Part shown: piece after piece, positions 43,952 through 54,630 of the stretch
Layout of the letters: each line of letters opens with the position of its first letter
Numbering within the stretch: position 1 is the first letter of the stretch
Source of the DNA: a virus
Lineage: Duplodnaviria > Caudoviricetes
IMG/VR virus record: IMGVR_UViG_3300011577_000001
Length of the DNA: 64,000 nt
Reading direction: 5' to 3' (one strand)
Made by a program: the position numbers and the translations under genes
Notes under the pieces: model-generated
Told to the model about the DNA's origin: nothing
Databases searched by the model: none
What the model saw: the letters and a program-made list of their open reading frames with translations, nothing else

Positions 43952-46162
43952 TTATGCAGCCCGAGGTGATCCCCATGGACTGGAAACTTGCGGAGCGTGA
44001 CGCTTCTGACCCCAAGAGATCCCCTTGGAGAAGAAGTCGTTTTGTTGCACCCGCGCTTGACGGTTGGCTTTCACCAAACGCTCTTCCGAGGCACGCTTGA
44101 TCAGGGCGTTCATGTTGTTCACTTCCTCGGTGTCGTCTTTGATACGTCCGCTCAAGAACCGCAGACGTGCTTCCAGACGAGCAATGGTGAACGTGTCTTG
44201 CGCTTCGCCGAGACGAGTGTAGAGTTCATCCAACTCTGCTCGGAATTCCTTCTGCGTTTGCCGTTCACGGATTTCCTGAGGCGTGAGCACACGAGAGTTA
44301 TCACTAACCGCCGACATGACCAAGTTCTCATCGATTCCGTACCAAGCCAAGTTGGTTCCCAATTGCAAGAACCAGTTAGCCAACAGCCACGCAATGACGG
44401 TGTCGTCGTGACCCGATGCTTCGTGGTCGATACGTCCTCGCTTGACCACCAACGCTCGAATTTCGTTGGAGAGCGCTTTGTCCCTGACGAGGTGACCACC
44501 TTTCTTCGCCGCGTTCTGCAAGACCGTCGAGTACAGGATGTTCCGAGATTCGGAGGTGGTGTTGAAACCGAAGTACTTCTTGGTGGAGTCCATGAAAGCT
44601 TCGGAACGAGTGCCAGGTTTCTGAATCTCTTTGAACAGCTCTTGACGTTCGGACGATTCCTCCACGATGCGGTTGAAGATCCGACGGTACGGGTCGATCC
44701 CGTGTTTCGGCAGAGTCAACAGCAGGGAGTCCACGATCATCTGGCCAGTAGACTTCTTCTCTGGTACGACAGTCATGTTCGGGTACTTGACCATCAGTTC
44801 TGCCAATGCGTTGGAGAAGCGGATCAAGTTGGTCTCGTTCACAGTGAACGCACCCACTACCGACATATCCTTGACAGACAGAATCACACCAGCGATGGCG
44901 TCTCGACCCACCGCTTCCGAGGTATCGAGCCCCAGGATGAAGTGGTCGGTGAGTTTCGCATGAGCCAACTCGCGTTCGTCCAAGTACCAACGAATGACGT
45001 ACAGCTCTTTCGTGATCTCGGTGTGCTTGATCTCGATAACACTGTCGCGGATCTTTTCGTTGAGTGCTGGCGTAAGCGGGGAACTCTGCGTACCCGATGT
45101 CCACACGTTGAAGAAGTCGCGGTCTGCCGCATCGCCAAAGGAACTGGCCTGAGACATTGCCTCGTACAGCCACTCGTCGGTGTAGCCCAATTGACGGTGG
45201 GAGAAGGTGGCATTGATGATGAGCTTACGTCCACCACAGTTGCGACGAACCATTTCCACCAACGCAGCACGGTCGACACAGTCGAAGAACAGCTCGGTCC
45301 AGGTAGCACCGCCGACGATCATGTCGTACATGAAGCGACCATCACGGTCGTCTTTCTTACCAGCCGTTGTAGTGAAGATGTTGCCGTACGGACGGCCGAA
45401 CTTCTTCGCTTCTTCACGAGCAGTGGTAGCAGCAGCCAGTGCAGCAGGCAGGGTAGTGCCGATGTGGCTGATGAACGGACCTTCGTCGATGTGTGCGATA
45501 GGTGCAGTGAGTCCACGACCCAGGTTGTTTGCTGCGGATTCAGAAGACTGAGCAACGCCAGTGGTGTAGAAGTTCTGGTGGTACTTACAAGTAACTTCGA
45601 ACTGGTTGTCGGAGTCTTCACGAGTAAGCGGGACGAGGTAAGCTGGGAGCAGGTCACGCAGCTTCTTGATACGCTCCACGTTCTTCTTACGGAGGGTATC
45701 GTCCTTTGTAATCATGTTGATGATGGAGTTACCAGCACCAATGAACAGCAGCCACAGCATGATACAGTCAGTAGACACAGACTTACCGGTCTGACGTGGC
45801 TGGATCAGCGCGATATCAATGCTGTTCAAGAAAGCCCACGTGGTTGCAATGTTACCACGGTTGGCTTTGTAGGGAATTGGGTTTGGACCTGCGACAGGTG
45901 GAATGCGCACTACTTCACGCAGGAAGTACCACATGTTCCAGCGACACTCAAGACCGATAGCGATCTTGGTGGCTTCGGACAGAATGGCGGAATGGGGGTC
46001 AACACCTTTGAGGTCTGGGTTGATCAGCGCTAACGGGAAGAATCGGTTCTTAACACCCATCTCCCCATAAAGGGACACCAGGCGTAGGAACGATTCATTC
46101 GACGTCTCGAAATCTGGACGAGCGGTAGCGAACCGTGTCCAGTCGTTGTTAAATAGAATCAT
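43952..46162 (-). CDS. terL: Terminase large subunit (phiKZ gp25-like)
   Basis: Walker A PRQTGKS, Walker B HIDEG, TTTAG, nuclease LGLDTS and HDDTVIA; start moved to 46162. Confidence 0.95.
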   Translation of the reverse strand: MILFNNDWTRFATARPDFETSNESFLRLVSLYGEMGVKNRFFPLALINPDLKGVDPHSAILSEATKIAIGLECRWNMWYFLREVVRIPPVAGPNPIPYKANRGNIATTWAFLNSIDIALIQPRQTGKSVSTDCIMLWLLFIGAGNSIINMITKDDTLRKKNVERIKKLRDLLPAYLVPLTREDSDNQFEVTCKYHQNFYTTGVAQSSESAANNLGRGLTAPIAHIDEGPFISHIGTTLPAALAAATTAREEAKKFGRPYGNIFTTTAGKKDDRDGRFMYDMIVGGATWTELFFDCVDRAALVEMVRRNCGGRKLIINATFSHRQLGYTDEWLYEAMSQASSFGDAADRDFFNVWTSGTQSSPLTPALNEKIRDSVIEIKHTEITKELYVIRWYLDERELAHAKLTDHFILGLDTSEAVGRDAIAGVILSVKDMSVVGAFTVNETNLIRFSNALAELMVKYPNMTVVPEKKSTGQMIVDSLLLTLPKHGIDPYRRIFNRIVEESSERQELFKEIQKPGTRSEAFMDSTKKYFGFNTTSESRNILYSTVLQNAAKKGGHLVRDKALSNEIRALVVKRGRIDHEASGHDDTVIAWLLANWFLQLGTNLAWYGIDENLVMSAVSDNSRVLTPQEIRERQTQKEFRAELDELYTRLGEAQDTFTIARLEARLRFLSGRIKDDTEEVNNMNALIKRASEERLVKANRQARVQQNDFFSKGISWGQKRHAPQVSSPWGSPRAA

Positions 46163-46238
46163 AGTGAAAGGTTCCGGTATTTGGGTCGAATACTCATAGA
46201 CTAGGGGCATAAAGCCCGGGAAATCCCGGGCCTCATGT

Positions 46239-47921
46239 TTAGAGCGCTTCGACTTGCAACGTTACCATACCGCCCATGCCCAGTTGGAGGTCGCCCTCTT
46301 GCTGGCGCTTGATGAAGCGGATGAACAGCGATTCGCCGTTCTTCGGTACCGCCGGAACCTGGATCTCCGTGTTCCAACGATCGATGGGGTAAGCGTATTC
46401 CTTATCCCCGATCATCAGGACGAAGTAGTTCGGTTCTGGTGCTTCGACTTCAGACTGCGTATTGATCAGAGGTTGCGCGTTGTAGAACACGTCCTTGATC
46501 CACAGCTCTTTGAGTACGTAGCCAGAATCGATCTTCAGCTTCCAGTTGTTGACGTTGATGAACTTCGCACGTGCACGCAGACCCTTACCGTACAGCTCAG
46601 GTTGCCCTGGGTAGTACTCAATGTTCCAGCCGTTGGATTCGGTATTACCCGGAGCCAACAGTGCAACACCGATGGACTGCGCATGACGCCAGTTGCTGTA
46701 CGAGCTGTCGACGTCTTGCATGTTGATACCAACCGAAATGCGCTGGATCGGACCATAGGAGATCGGATCGAACGGATTCGAGTTGATGTTGAAGGTCACC
46801 TTGTCGGTTACGTCGTAGAACTCGGAACGGTTCAGGTTGAACAGGAACCAACGCAGACGATAGCCACTGGTGGCATCGACCCATTCCGGGAAGCAGAACA
46901 GCTTGACCGAGAACGCACCGTCCATCCGCGTAGTGGTTGCCCAATACGGTTGCGACATGAACTTCTGCACGTTCGCCGAAGCGCCGTACACGTATTCATC
47001 AGCAGACAGCTTGTACGTGAGCACCAGGTCGATCTTCTGGCCCACGATGGTGCCAATGAAGTTCTGCAACCCGTACAGGTTGAACTTGGTGCCGTCCAGC
47101 GGGAAGAACTTCCGCGAACCGTCGGAGTAGGTCACCACACCCCGCGCGTTGATCGCATCCACCGGCATGTTGATAGCGAAACTCAACAGGCTGTCGTCGC
47201 CTTCGGTGAGGAATGGCGATTCCAAGTGGATACTGGTGACGAACTTCTTCGAAGCATCCGTGGTGCGGATGAACGCAGTGTTCATGATCAACAGCTTGGT
47301 GATGGAAGTCACGTTACCCACGTCGTCGTACAGTACCGCAGTCACGACTTCGTTGTCCGGCAGTTGTTGCAGCGTGTAGCCAACCATCGGCGCTTTGACC
47401 GCGTAGTTGAGCGCCGTGTCTACACCAACGTCAGACTTGGGAACTTGAACCAGCTCCAGAGGGATGTTCTCACCGAGCAGCGTACCGCCCTGATCGTACA
47501 TCGCCGAGATCACCTTCGACTCGTCACCGATGTCAGTGCCCCAGAACACTTTGAGACTGGTCACGGTGGTGCCGTATACCCGCAGGCGCGAGTCCAGTGC
47601 CAAGATGTGTGGAGTGACAGAAGTGTCGAGGTAAGCACGGTAGGATTCGTTCTGATGTTCGTACCCAACACCCAACAGGATGTCGAGATCGGAGACGTCT
47701 TCCCCTTCCTTCGGTGCTTCGTATTTCTTGAGTTGACTCAAGCCGGTGAGCAGGTTTACAGCAACCACCTGCCACAGACCCGTCACCCAGTCCCAAACCT
47801 CGTCATCGACGTTCGGAACGTAACGACCCGTACCGGTCGGACCGGTATAGATCTCACTCTTACGCCACCGACGGTGACCCCGGTTGGGATCAGAGATCGG
47901 GACGATAAACGTATCGCTCAT
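46239..47921 (-). CDS. Virion structural protein (phiKZ gp26-like, baseplate region)
   Basis: 560 aa beta-rich protein with IYTGPTGTGRYVPNVDD; syntenic with terL. Confidence 0.75.
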   Translation of the reverse strand: MSDTFIVPISDPNRGHRRWRKSEIYTGPTGTGRYVPNVDDEVWDWVTGLWQVVAVNLLTGLSQLKKYEAPKEGEDVSDLDILLGVGYEHQNESYRAYLDTSVTPHILALDSRLRVYGTTVTSLKVFWGTDIGDESKVISAMYDQGGTLLGENIPLELVQVPKSDVGVDTALNYAVKAPMVGYTLQQLPDNEVVTAVLYDDVGNVTSITKLLIMNTAFIRTTDASKKFVTSIHLESPFLTEGDDSLLSFAINMPVDAINARGVVTYSDGSRKFFPLDGTKFNLYGLQNFIGTIVGQKIDLVLTYKLSADEYVYGASANVQKFMSQPYWATTTRMDGAFSVKLFCFPEWVDATSGYRLRWFLFNLNRSEFYDVTDKVTFNINSNPFDPISYGPIQRISVGINMQDVDSSYSNWRHAQSIGVALLAPGNTESNGWNIEYYPGQPELYGKGLRARAKFINVNNWKLKIDSGYVLKELWIKDVFYNAQPLINTQSEVEAPEPNYFVLMIGDKEYAYPIDRWNTEIQVPAVPKNGESLFIRFIKRQQEGDLQLGMGGMVTLQVEAL

Positions 47922-47924
47922 GGC

Positions 47925-50495
47925 TTATACCCATCCGTCTTTGATGGACACGAAGTGACTCAAGTCGACTTTGTTATCCAGGTAAAGGGCAATCGCCCGT
48001 TTCAGGAAGTTGTACTGGTAGATGTTCAACTCCGTTTCGTACGACAGGTGGTGTGGGTGGATACTGACATACCGAGTGTCCACACCTTGCGTGCACGGAT
48101 CAAACTCCAACAGATACTCGTAGTCCTTCAACCAGCGCTTGATCTCCACGTCCCCGTAGTAGGCTTCCATCTGGTCGTCCCAGATCAAACCCGTTCGGAG
48201 GTCGAACAACACCTTACACGCAAACGGGCTGAATACCTCGTAGCGCTCTTCGATGATGTTCGGTACGTTGATCACAGGCTCTGGTAACTTGAGCGTCAGA
48301 TAGTCCGAGATCGCCGTGTCGATCGCACGAGACTTGGCTCGCAGCGAATACGTGTTCTCATCCACCAAGTCGCGCAAAGGAACCACGACATCGTCAATGA
48401 CGTAAGGGCTACCGTTCTTCACTTCGCTGGTGATAAACACCCCGCTGTGTTCTTCGGCAAAGGCCAACACGTCACGCGTTTTGGTCTGTCCCCGTACGAT
48501 CATCCGCATGACCTTGTCGTCACGAATGTCGAACCGCTTATTACGACTGAGCAGTCCGTTCCACACGAAGCCAAACTCAGCAGGAGGCTCGAGCGTCAGG
48601 TCATCCAGCGGGAACCCGGTAGCACGCCCAGTGATTTGCTGGGTTCCGTTCTCGATCATGAACTCACGGTTCGTAATCGTTACGTACGGCCAGTTCATGA
48701 AGTAGTCCAACCCTTCAATGATGGGGTGTCCATTCAAGAACAGTTCCAGCTTGCCCATCGGCAAGTTCATTTCCTGCTCGTACCAATTCCCATCCGTGCG
48801 CTTCTCGGTCGCTTTGATCGGGAAGTAGTACAGGCCATCCGGTGCCGTGATCTCGATATTGAAAGCGAGGAACTTACGGTCGTCACGAACTGCCGTGTAC
48901 CAACGTACGCGGTCCAGTACCCACGTTACTTTACCATCAGCCAACACGTAGTCGACATCAGGTGTTGCGGTTACCCATTCGAAAGAAGGAGTACCGGCGA
49001 CCATGGAGCACTTGTAGAACCGATAGTTACAAGACGGGTTCAGGGTGCTGGTCTTCTGGTGGTAAATGGTGTCCAACGAGTTAGACCCAATCCCAACCAA
49101 AGCTTCAACCAACTTACAACCTTCATTGCGAGGGTTATAGTACTCCCCTGAGGTGTGCGGGTAGTAGCCCAACAACTTACCGTTCACATCGTGCTCGAAC
49201 ACGGTGGCTTCGTATTGGAGCCCATAGGGCAACTTCACGAAACGGTCACGCGGATAGATGGTCACCTTTTGGGGGGTGTCCGCTACCAGCTTGGAGATCG
49301 CGTTGTACCCGTAGGCTTGCTGAACCATCTCGCGATTGATCTCAGGGCCTAAGGAACGCATGATCTGCGTGTACATCGAGGCTTCGAGTTCTTCTGCACG
49401 CCAGACCTTTACAGTCGACTCCAAACCGAGCATCGCTTTCGGGATGTCAGCAGGCTTCAACTTGTACAGCTCTTTAATGCGGGAGTTCTCATCTACCAGT
49501 GGTCGTTTCCAACCTGCCTCACGAATGCACAGCCGTACGGTGATTTCAGCCAAGTCGTGCCACCCTTCGGTTGCAGCAACAAAGCCTGCCACGTAAGGCA
49601 CTACAATCGAGTAGTCCTTGTGCGTGACCATCCGCATCGAGTCGTCTTGGTTCTTGTGATGGTAGATGCCCCGGTAACGACCATTGGACTCTTTCTTGAT
49701 CAGATAGATGTCAATGTCGTCACGGTAATCGATGGTGTCCTTCTGATCAGCCAGGTAGTGGAGCAAGTACTTACGCTTGTTATCCAGTTTGCTGACAAAC
49801 GTCGGAAGGTTCTTGAGGGGCAAGTCCACAACCCGACGGATAGTCGAATCGTAAACGTACTCCAGGATGTCCCCTACCTTGATGCGATCAGGTTGGAAGT
49901 CATCCACCAAGTAGCCGTTGTGATAGGCGTACGTGTGACCGATCTTAGCGCGCCACGCTTGGTACTCGCGCTGGTAGGTCAGGAGCAGGGCCCGGTCACC
50001 GGTGTAGGCGTAGCCTTTAACCTTGATCTGGTTCGCATCGGGATACGAACGGGTCGAGGCGAAGAAGGCGTTGGAATACACGCGGAAGAAAACTGGGTTG
50101 TGATACAGGTCACCAAAGATCTCGCTACGTTTGATGGCGATGACGATGTTGCGATCCCCCATCACTTGCAGGTACGCCATATGGCGAGGGATTTGTACAC
50201 CGTCAATGTTGTACAGATCCACCAACATCTTCGCCTGCTCACACACAGTCGAGAACGGGGTCCAAGTCTTCCAGGAGTTGATTAACCCCAAAAGCTTCGG
50301 ATGGATCTGGCCAATCCAGTACACGTGGAACAAGTCGGTGCGGTTCGGCAGAGGGATGGTCTGCCATTCCACATCAACATAGCGAGCTTCACCAAATTTG
50401 TCCGTGATGTGGGCCATTTGGTAAATGTATTGGTAATCCTGATCGGGAGTACACCAGACATTGTCTAAGGCGTGCTCAATCAGGAAGTCAGCCAT
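47925..50495 (-). CDS. Virion structural protein (phiKZ gp27-like)
   Basis: 856 aa with NVWCTPDQD and AYGYNAIS; syntenic. Confidence 0.75.
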   Translation of the reverse strand: MADFLIEHALDNVWCTPDQDYQYIYQMAHITDKFGEARYVDVEWQTIPLPNRTDLFHVYWIGQIHPKLLGLINSWKTWTPFSTVCEQAKMLVDLYNIDGVQIPRHMAYLQVMGDRNIVIAIKRSEIFGDLYHNPVFFRVYSNAFFASTRSYPDANQIKVKGYAYTGDRALLLTYQREYQAWRAKIGHTYAYHNGYLVDDFQPDRIKVGDILEYVYDSTIRRVVDLPLKNLPTFVSKLDNKRKYLLHYLADQKDTIDYRDDIDIYLIKKESNGRYRGIYHHKNQDDSMRMVTHKDYSIVVPYVAGFVAATEGWHDLAEITVRLCIREAGWKRPLVDENSRIKELYKLKPADIPKAMLGLESTVKVWRAEELEASMYTQIMRSLGPEINREMVQQAYGYNAISKLVADTPQKVTIYPRDRFVKLPYGLQYEATVFEHDVNGKLLGYYPHTSGEYYNPRNEGCKLVEALVGIGSNSLDTIYHQKTSTLNPSCNYRFYKCSMVAGTPSFEWVTATPDVDYVLADGKVTWVLDRVRWYTAVRDDRKFLAFNIEITAPDGLYYFPIKATEKRTDGNWYEQEMNLPMGKLELFLNGHPIIEGLDYFMNWPYVTITNREFMIENGTQQITGRATGFPLDDLTLEPPAEFGFVWNGLLSRNKRFDIRDDKVMRMIVRGQTKTRDVLAFAEEHSGVFITSEVKNGSPYVIDDVVVPLRDLVDENTYSLRAKSRAIDTAISDYLTLKLPEPVINVPNIIEERYEVFSPFACKVLFDLRTGLIWDDQMEAYYGDVEIKRWLKDYEYLLEFDPCTQGVDTRYVSIHPHHLSYETELNIYQYNFLKRAIALYLDNKVDLSHFVSIKDGWV

Positions 50496-51483
50496 TGAGA
50501 ACCTCGATCAGACGTGACATGTTGAGGATGAACGACTTACCGGCACCGGAGCGGTCACAGGCTTGTACGATCTTGGCGATACCGGAGTTACGGTAGCTAC
50601 GATCGAGCAGAGACATGTAGACCATGGCGAGGAAGGTAGGTACGTGTTCCAGAGCAACGGCGACGCACTCTTTGGCGTTCAGGCCAAACCAGCCACCACC
50701 GACCAGTGCGTAGATCAGCGGAACGTTCAGGCTTTCAGCACGCTTGTTGTCCAGCACTTCACGCAGTACGTCGATGTAGTCCTGGATGGATTCCATGTGA
50801 CGCAGAGCACCGGCCTTGTCGAAGATCACTTCGGCAGGGATGCGGGTAGCACGAGCAACCTTGAGCGACAGGCGCTGCAATTCACGCTCATCGAACGGAC
50901 CGGACTCACCACCCACCGGACCTTCTTGGAAGTGGCAGGCGTAGAACACTGCGCTGACCATGGTAATCAGCATTTGTTCTTGTGGCGAGAAGTGCAGTTG
51001 GCGAGTGATGCGCTCAGCCAGGAAACGGGAGAACACTGCCATCGGCAGATCGCCCAGGCCAGCCATGTCTGCCACACCGTTCTTGAGGGCATAACTGGTC
51101 AGTGCTGCACGTACGCTGTTGAAGGCGTATTCGGCGTAGTTGGCCGGTACCAGAGGACCACCATCGCCACCGCGAGCGTAGGAACGGCTGTCGATGATGA
51201 CGAGCTGTCCATCGTAACGGTCTTTGAACGGATAGGGGTGAGCAAACGGAGGAATCTCCTTGTTACCCGGAACGATCCCCCAGACCGAATTGATGGTCTT
51301 GCCGTTGATCTGAATAGGTGCCAGGCCACCTTCAATCTCGGCCAGTTTCAGGCCCTTTTCAACTGCGCCCATCTGGTATCCGGCGCAGGGTTTGCATTCG
51401 TACGGAGAAAGCTTCATTCGGTCAAGTCCCCTTGAAGGATATTTGTAAAAGTTTACAAAACCGACATATGTACTTTCCGACAT
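50488..51483 (-). CDS. Virion structural protein (phiKZ gp28-like)
   Basis: 331 aa with IPPFAHP and VALEHVPTF; divergent from the sheath gene. Confidence 0.72.
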   Translation of the reverse strand: MSESTYVGFVNFYKYPSRGLDRMKLSPYECKPCAGYQMGAVEKGLKLAEIEGGLAPIQINGKTINSVWGIVPGNKEIPPFAHPYPFKDRYDGQLVIIDSRSYARGGDGGPLVPANYAEYAFNSVRAALTSYALKNGVADMAGLGDLPMAVFSRFLAERITRQLHFSPQEQMLITMVSAVFYACHFQEGPVGGESGPFDERELQRLSLKVARATRIPAEVIFDKAGALRHMESIQDYIDVLREVLDNKRAESLNVPLIYALVGGGWFGLNAKECVAVALEHVPTFLAMVYMSLLDRSYRNSGIAKIVQACDRSGAGKSFILNMSRLIEVLNG

Positions 51484-51623
51484 GGATAGTATGATGTATT
51501 ACATCGGTTAAGGCAACTATACCATTCAAGTCAAAACGCCCCAGAAAGGACCATGGCCTCGAGGGAAACGAATCTTGCGTGGTTTACAGCGGTACTTTAG
51601 ATAGATCTATCACAGGAGCTGTT

Positions 51624-53684
51624 ATGATCACCATCAGAAACGCTGCTCCTCGCTCAATCCTGTTGGGTATCAAAGATGAGAGTGGTCGGGCCCCGGTTGT
51701 AGAGCCGGAACAGATTCCCTCTCACCTGGCACACGTGTTCACGTTCGCTGAGCGTGGCTCTCTGCTTCCCCAATTGGTTGTCGGGGACAGCCTTCTCACC
51801 GCCTACGGTGCGAAGACTTTCGACTACCGGTCCAAGTTCGCCACTCACCAGACTCCGCTGATCAACACCATCAATGGTGAAGCGAACAGCATGATGGTGC
51901 AGCGCTTGGTTCCTGACGACGCCACCACTGCGACCCTGGTCCTGTGGCTGGATTGCGTTGCCGACGAAATCCTGGACTACGAGCGTAACGCCGACCTGAG
52001 CTACAAGCTCGACGCGAACAGCGCCCGCATTCCGAAAGCCGACAAGATCGCGGGCAACCGCGTACGTTGGAAGGCCGAAGTTCTGCCTGCCGACACCGAC
52101 CTGGCCGAACTGACCAGCAAAGTCGGTGAAATCGTTGCAGACAAGGACGGCGCCCAGTCGACCATGTACCCGATCCATGCGTTCTCGATCTCGTCTCCGG
52201 GCGGTTTCGGTAACCTGGTGGGTCTGCGTCTGTCGGCCCCGACCATGCTGTCGTCCAACCCGATCGACAACACCACTGCTGAAGAGGCGAAAGCCTACCT
52301 GTACCGGATCGCCTTCGTTGAGCGTCCTGACCAGTTCAGCACCCCGGCGATCATCGAGACTCGCCAAGGCGAACAGTTCATCGACTTCGCCTACAAGGAA
52401 GGAGTGATCAACACCCGTACCGACAGCCTGGTGTCTGCAAACGACACTCTGCTGCAAGCGTGGAACGCTCCGGCGATCAACGGCATCCCGGCTACCGTCG
52501 GTGTGGTTGACCAGATGCACGTGTACCAGGACAACATCGAAACCCTGCTGGCTGTATTCCAGGGCACCGAAGCTGAACTGGGCCTGATCTCCGAAGACGA
52601 GGAGGACCTGCACCTCTTCAACTTCGTCGGTGGCACCACCCTGGAAGGCATCCCGTACTACACCTACGTAGTCGAGGGTCCGACCTCTGGTGGTCTGCTG
52701 ATGGCTGACTCCGCGACCCACTACTTCGCTGGTGGTTCTGACGGTACCATGACCAACGAAGTCTTCGACAAGTTGGTTGCTGCTCAAGTCTCCAACTACG
52801 GTAACGTAGCTGGCTTCGACTTCCTGGACACTGCGATCTACCCGCAGAGCTGCATCTATGACTCCGGTTTCACCCTGGAGACCAAGAAGAAGCTGCTGAC
52901 CGTCCTGGGTCGTCGTAAAGACATGTGGGTTGTGCTCTCCACTCAGGATGCTTCTGCTCGTCAGAACACCACGTCGGAAGAGTCCAGCATCGCGATCTCC
53001 CTGCGGACCGCGGCGCGCATGTACCCTGAGTCGGAAGTTTACGGTACGCCGGTTTGCCGCGCGATCGTGATCGGTCACTCGGGTTACCTGATCAACTCCA
53101 AGTGGACCAAGCTCACCCCGCTGACCATCGAGTTCGCGGCCAAGTGCGCTCGCTACATGGGTGCTGGTAACGGTATCTGGAAGTCGGCTCAGTCCTTCTC
53201 CATTTCCCCGGCCAACCAAGTCACCATGTTCCGCAACGTGAACGCTTCCTTCAAGAAGGCAGACGTACGTTCGCAGGACTGGGAAAACGGCCTGGTATGG
53301 GTACAGAACTACGACCGTCGTAGCCTGTTCTTCCCAGCGTTCCAAACCGTCTACGATGACGATTCCTCGATCCTGAACAGCTTCTTCAACATGGCCATCG
53401 CCGTGGAACTGGAAAAGATCGCAGACCGTGCTTGGCGCGATCTGACCGGCATCGACGGTCTGACCCCTGGTCAATTCATCCAACGCAGTAACCGTCTGAT
53501 CCAAGACGCTGTGAAGGGTCGTTTCGATGGTCGCGTTACCATCGAGGTTGACACCATCCTGACTGCTGCGGACACCCAGCGCGGCTATAGCTGGACCTGC
53601 AAGATCACCATGTATGGTAACAACATGATGACCGTGGGTACCTTCACTATCGTCGCCCGTCGTCAAGAGGATCTCGCACAATGA
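51624..53684 (+). CDS. Contractile tail sheath protein (phiKZ gp29-like)
   Basis: Start moved to ATG 51624 (AGGAG SD). Contains GIKDES, YDSGFTLETK, YPES..YGTPVCRA and TVYDDDSSILN. Confidence 0.9.
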   Translation: MITIRNAAPRSILLGIKDESGRAPVVEPEQIPSHLAHVFTFAERGSLLPQLVVGDSLLTAYGAKTFDYRSKFATHQTPLINTINGEANSMMVQRLVPDDATTATLVLWLDCVADEILDYERNADLSYKLDANSARIPKADKIAGNRVRWKAEVLPADTDLAELTSKVGEIVADKDGAQSTMYPIHAFSISSPGGFGNLVGLRLSAPTMLSSNPIDNTTAEEAKAYLYRIAFVERPDQFSTPAIIETRQGEQFIDFAYKEGVINTRTDSLVSANDTLLQAWNAPAINGIPATVGVVDQMHVYQDNIETLLAVFQGTEAELGLISEDEEDLHLFNFVGGTTLEGIPYYTYVVEGPTSGGLLMADSATHYFAGGSDGTMTNEVFDKLVAAQVSNYGNVAGFDFLDTAIYPQSCIYDSGFTLETKKKLLTVLGRRKDMWVVLSTQDASARQNTTSEESSIAISLRTAARMYPESEVYGTPVCRAIVIGHSGYLINSKWTKLTPLTIEFAAKCARYMGAGNGIWKSAQSFSISPANQVTMFRNVNASFKKADVRSQDWENGLVWVQNYDRRSLFFPAFQTVYDDDSSILNSFFNMAIAVELEKIADRAWRDLTGIDGLTPGQFIQRSNRLIQDAVKGRFDGRVTIEVDTILTAADTQRGYSWTCKITMYGNNMMTVGTFTIVARRQEDLAQ

Positions 53685-54538
53685 GCCGTTTAGCAGATAC
53701 CATCCTTGACAACAAAGCGTACAACCAGTACGGGCGCTCGGCCATGGTCGACATCCGTAAGGGTGGTTCCAACGGTCCGGCACCGGACTACGCGGCGTAT
53801 GTAACCAACTCCGCGTACGTTCGTCGGAACATCATCGCTATCCTCATCGAGGCCCCTCGCGGGTTCCAAGATCTGGAAGACCCGGACTACTGGGTTTCCA
53901 CTCTGAAGAACCTGGTCGAGCTGGCACCGAAGACCATCGAGGGTCTGTCTCAGACCCTGACGGTTGAGCACATCGAAAACCCATTCGGTGGTGCTGGTGA
54001 GGTTCAGCAAGATATTTCGAACGTCACCCGTCAGCGTTCGGCTCCTCAGTTCACCTGGAACGAGAAGTACGGCAAGGCCGTTGCTTCCTTCCTGAACGGT
54101 TGGGTGCTGAACCTGATCATGGACCCGGACACCAAGTACCCGCGCGTTGTCAAGAACACCGACAAACCGGCGGACTTGCTCCCCGACTACACCGGGATGA
54201 CCGTGCTCTTCATCGAGCCGGACCCAACCCACACCAAGGTGATCACTGCCTGGCTGTCGACCAACATGCGCCCAACCGGCACTGTTGCGGAGATCTCCGG
54301 TAGCCGTGACATCACCGCTGCGCTGCAAGGTGCGGACTACTCGGTTGAGTTCACTGCCCTGACCCAAATCGGTGAAGGCGTGAACAGCTTCGCTCAAGAG
54401 ATCCTGGACAACATGACTCTGACCGGCGCTAACCCGAGCCTGCAAGAAGCTTTCGTACGAGAAATCGACGCGGAAGTAGAAGCAGCCGACACCGGCTACG
54501 CCAACCGCATCGAGAAAATGGCTTCGGCCACTATCTAA
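53681..54538 (+). CDS. Tail tube protein (phiKZ gp30-like)
   Basis: Overlaps the sheath stop (ATGA); contains YVRRN, EKYGK and LFIEPDPT. Confidence 0.88.
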   Translation: MSRLADTILDNKAYNQYGRSAMVDIRKGGSNGPAPDYAAYVTNSAYVRRNIIAILIEAPRGFQDLEDPDYWVSTLKNLVELAPKTIEGLSQTLTVEHIENPFGGAGEVQQDISNVTRQRSAPQFTWNEKYGKAVASFLNGWVLNLIMDPDTKYPRVVKNTDKPADLLPDYTGMTVLFIEPDPTHTKVITAWLSTNMRPTGTVAEISGSRDITAALQGADYSVEFTALTQIGEGVNSFAQEILDNMTLTGANPSLQEAFVREIDAEVEAADTGYANRIEKMASATI

Positions 54539-54630
54539 GCGGTGACATACGCGGGGGCCTTCGGGTCCCCGTTTATGCCGTATTTTGTGAAGGCCTTCGT
54601 TCTTAACACTTCATTCTAGGGAAAGCAACC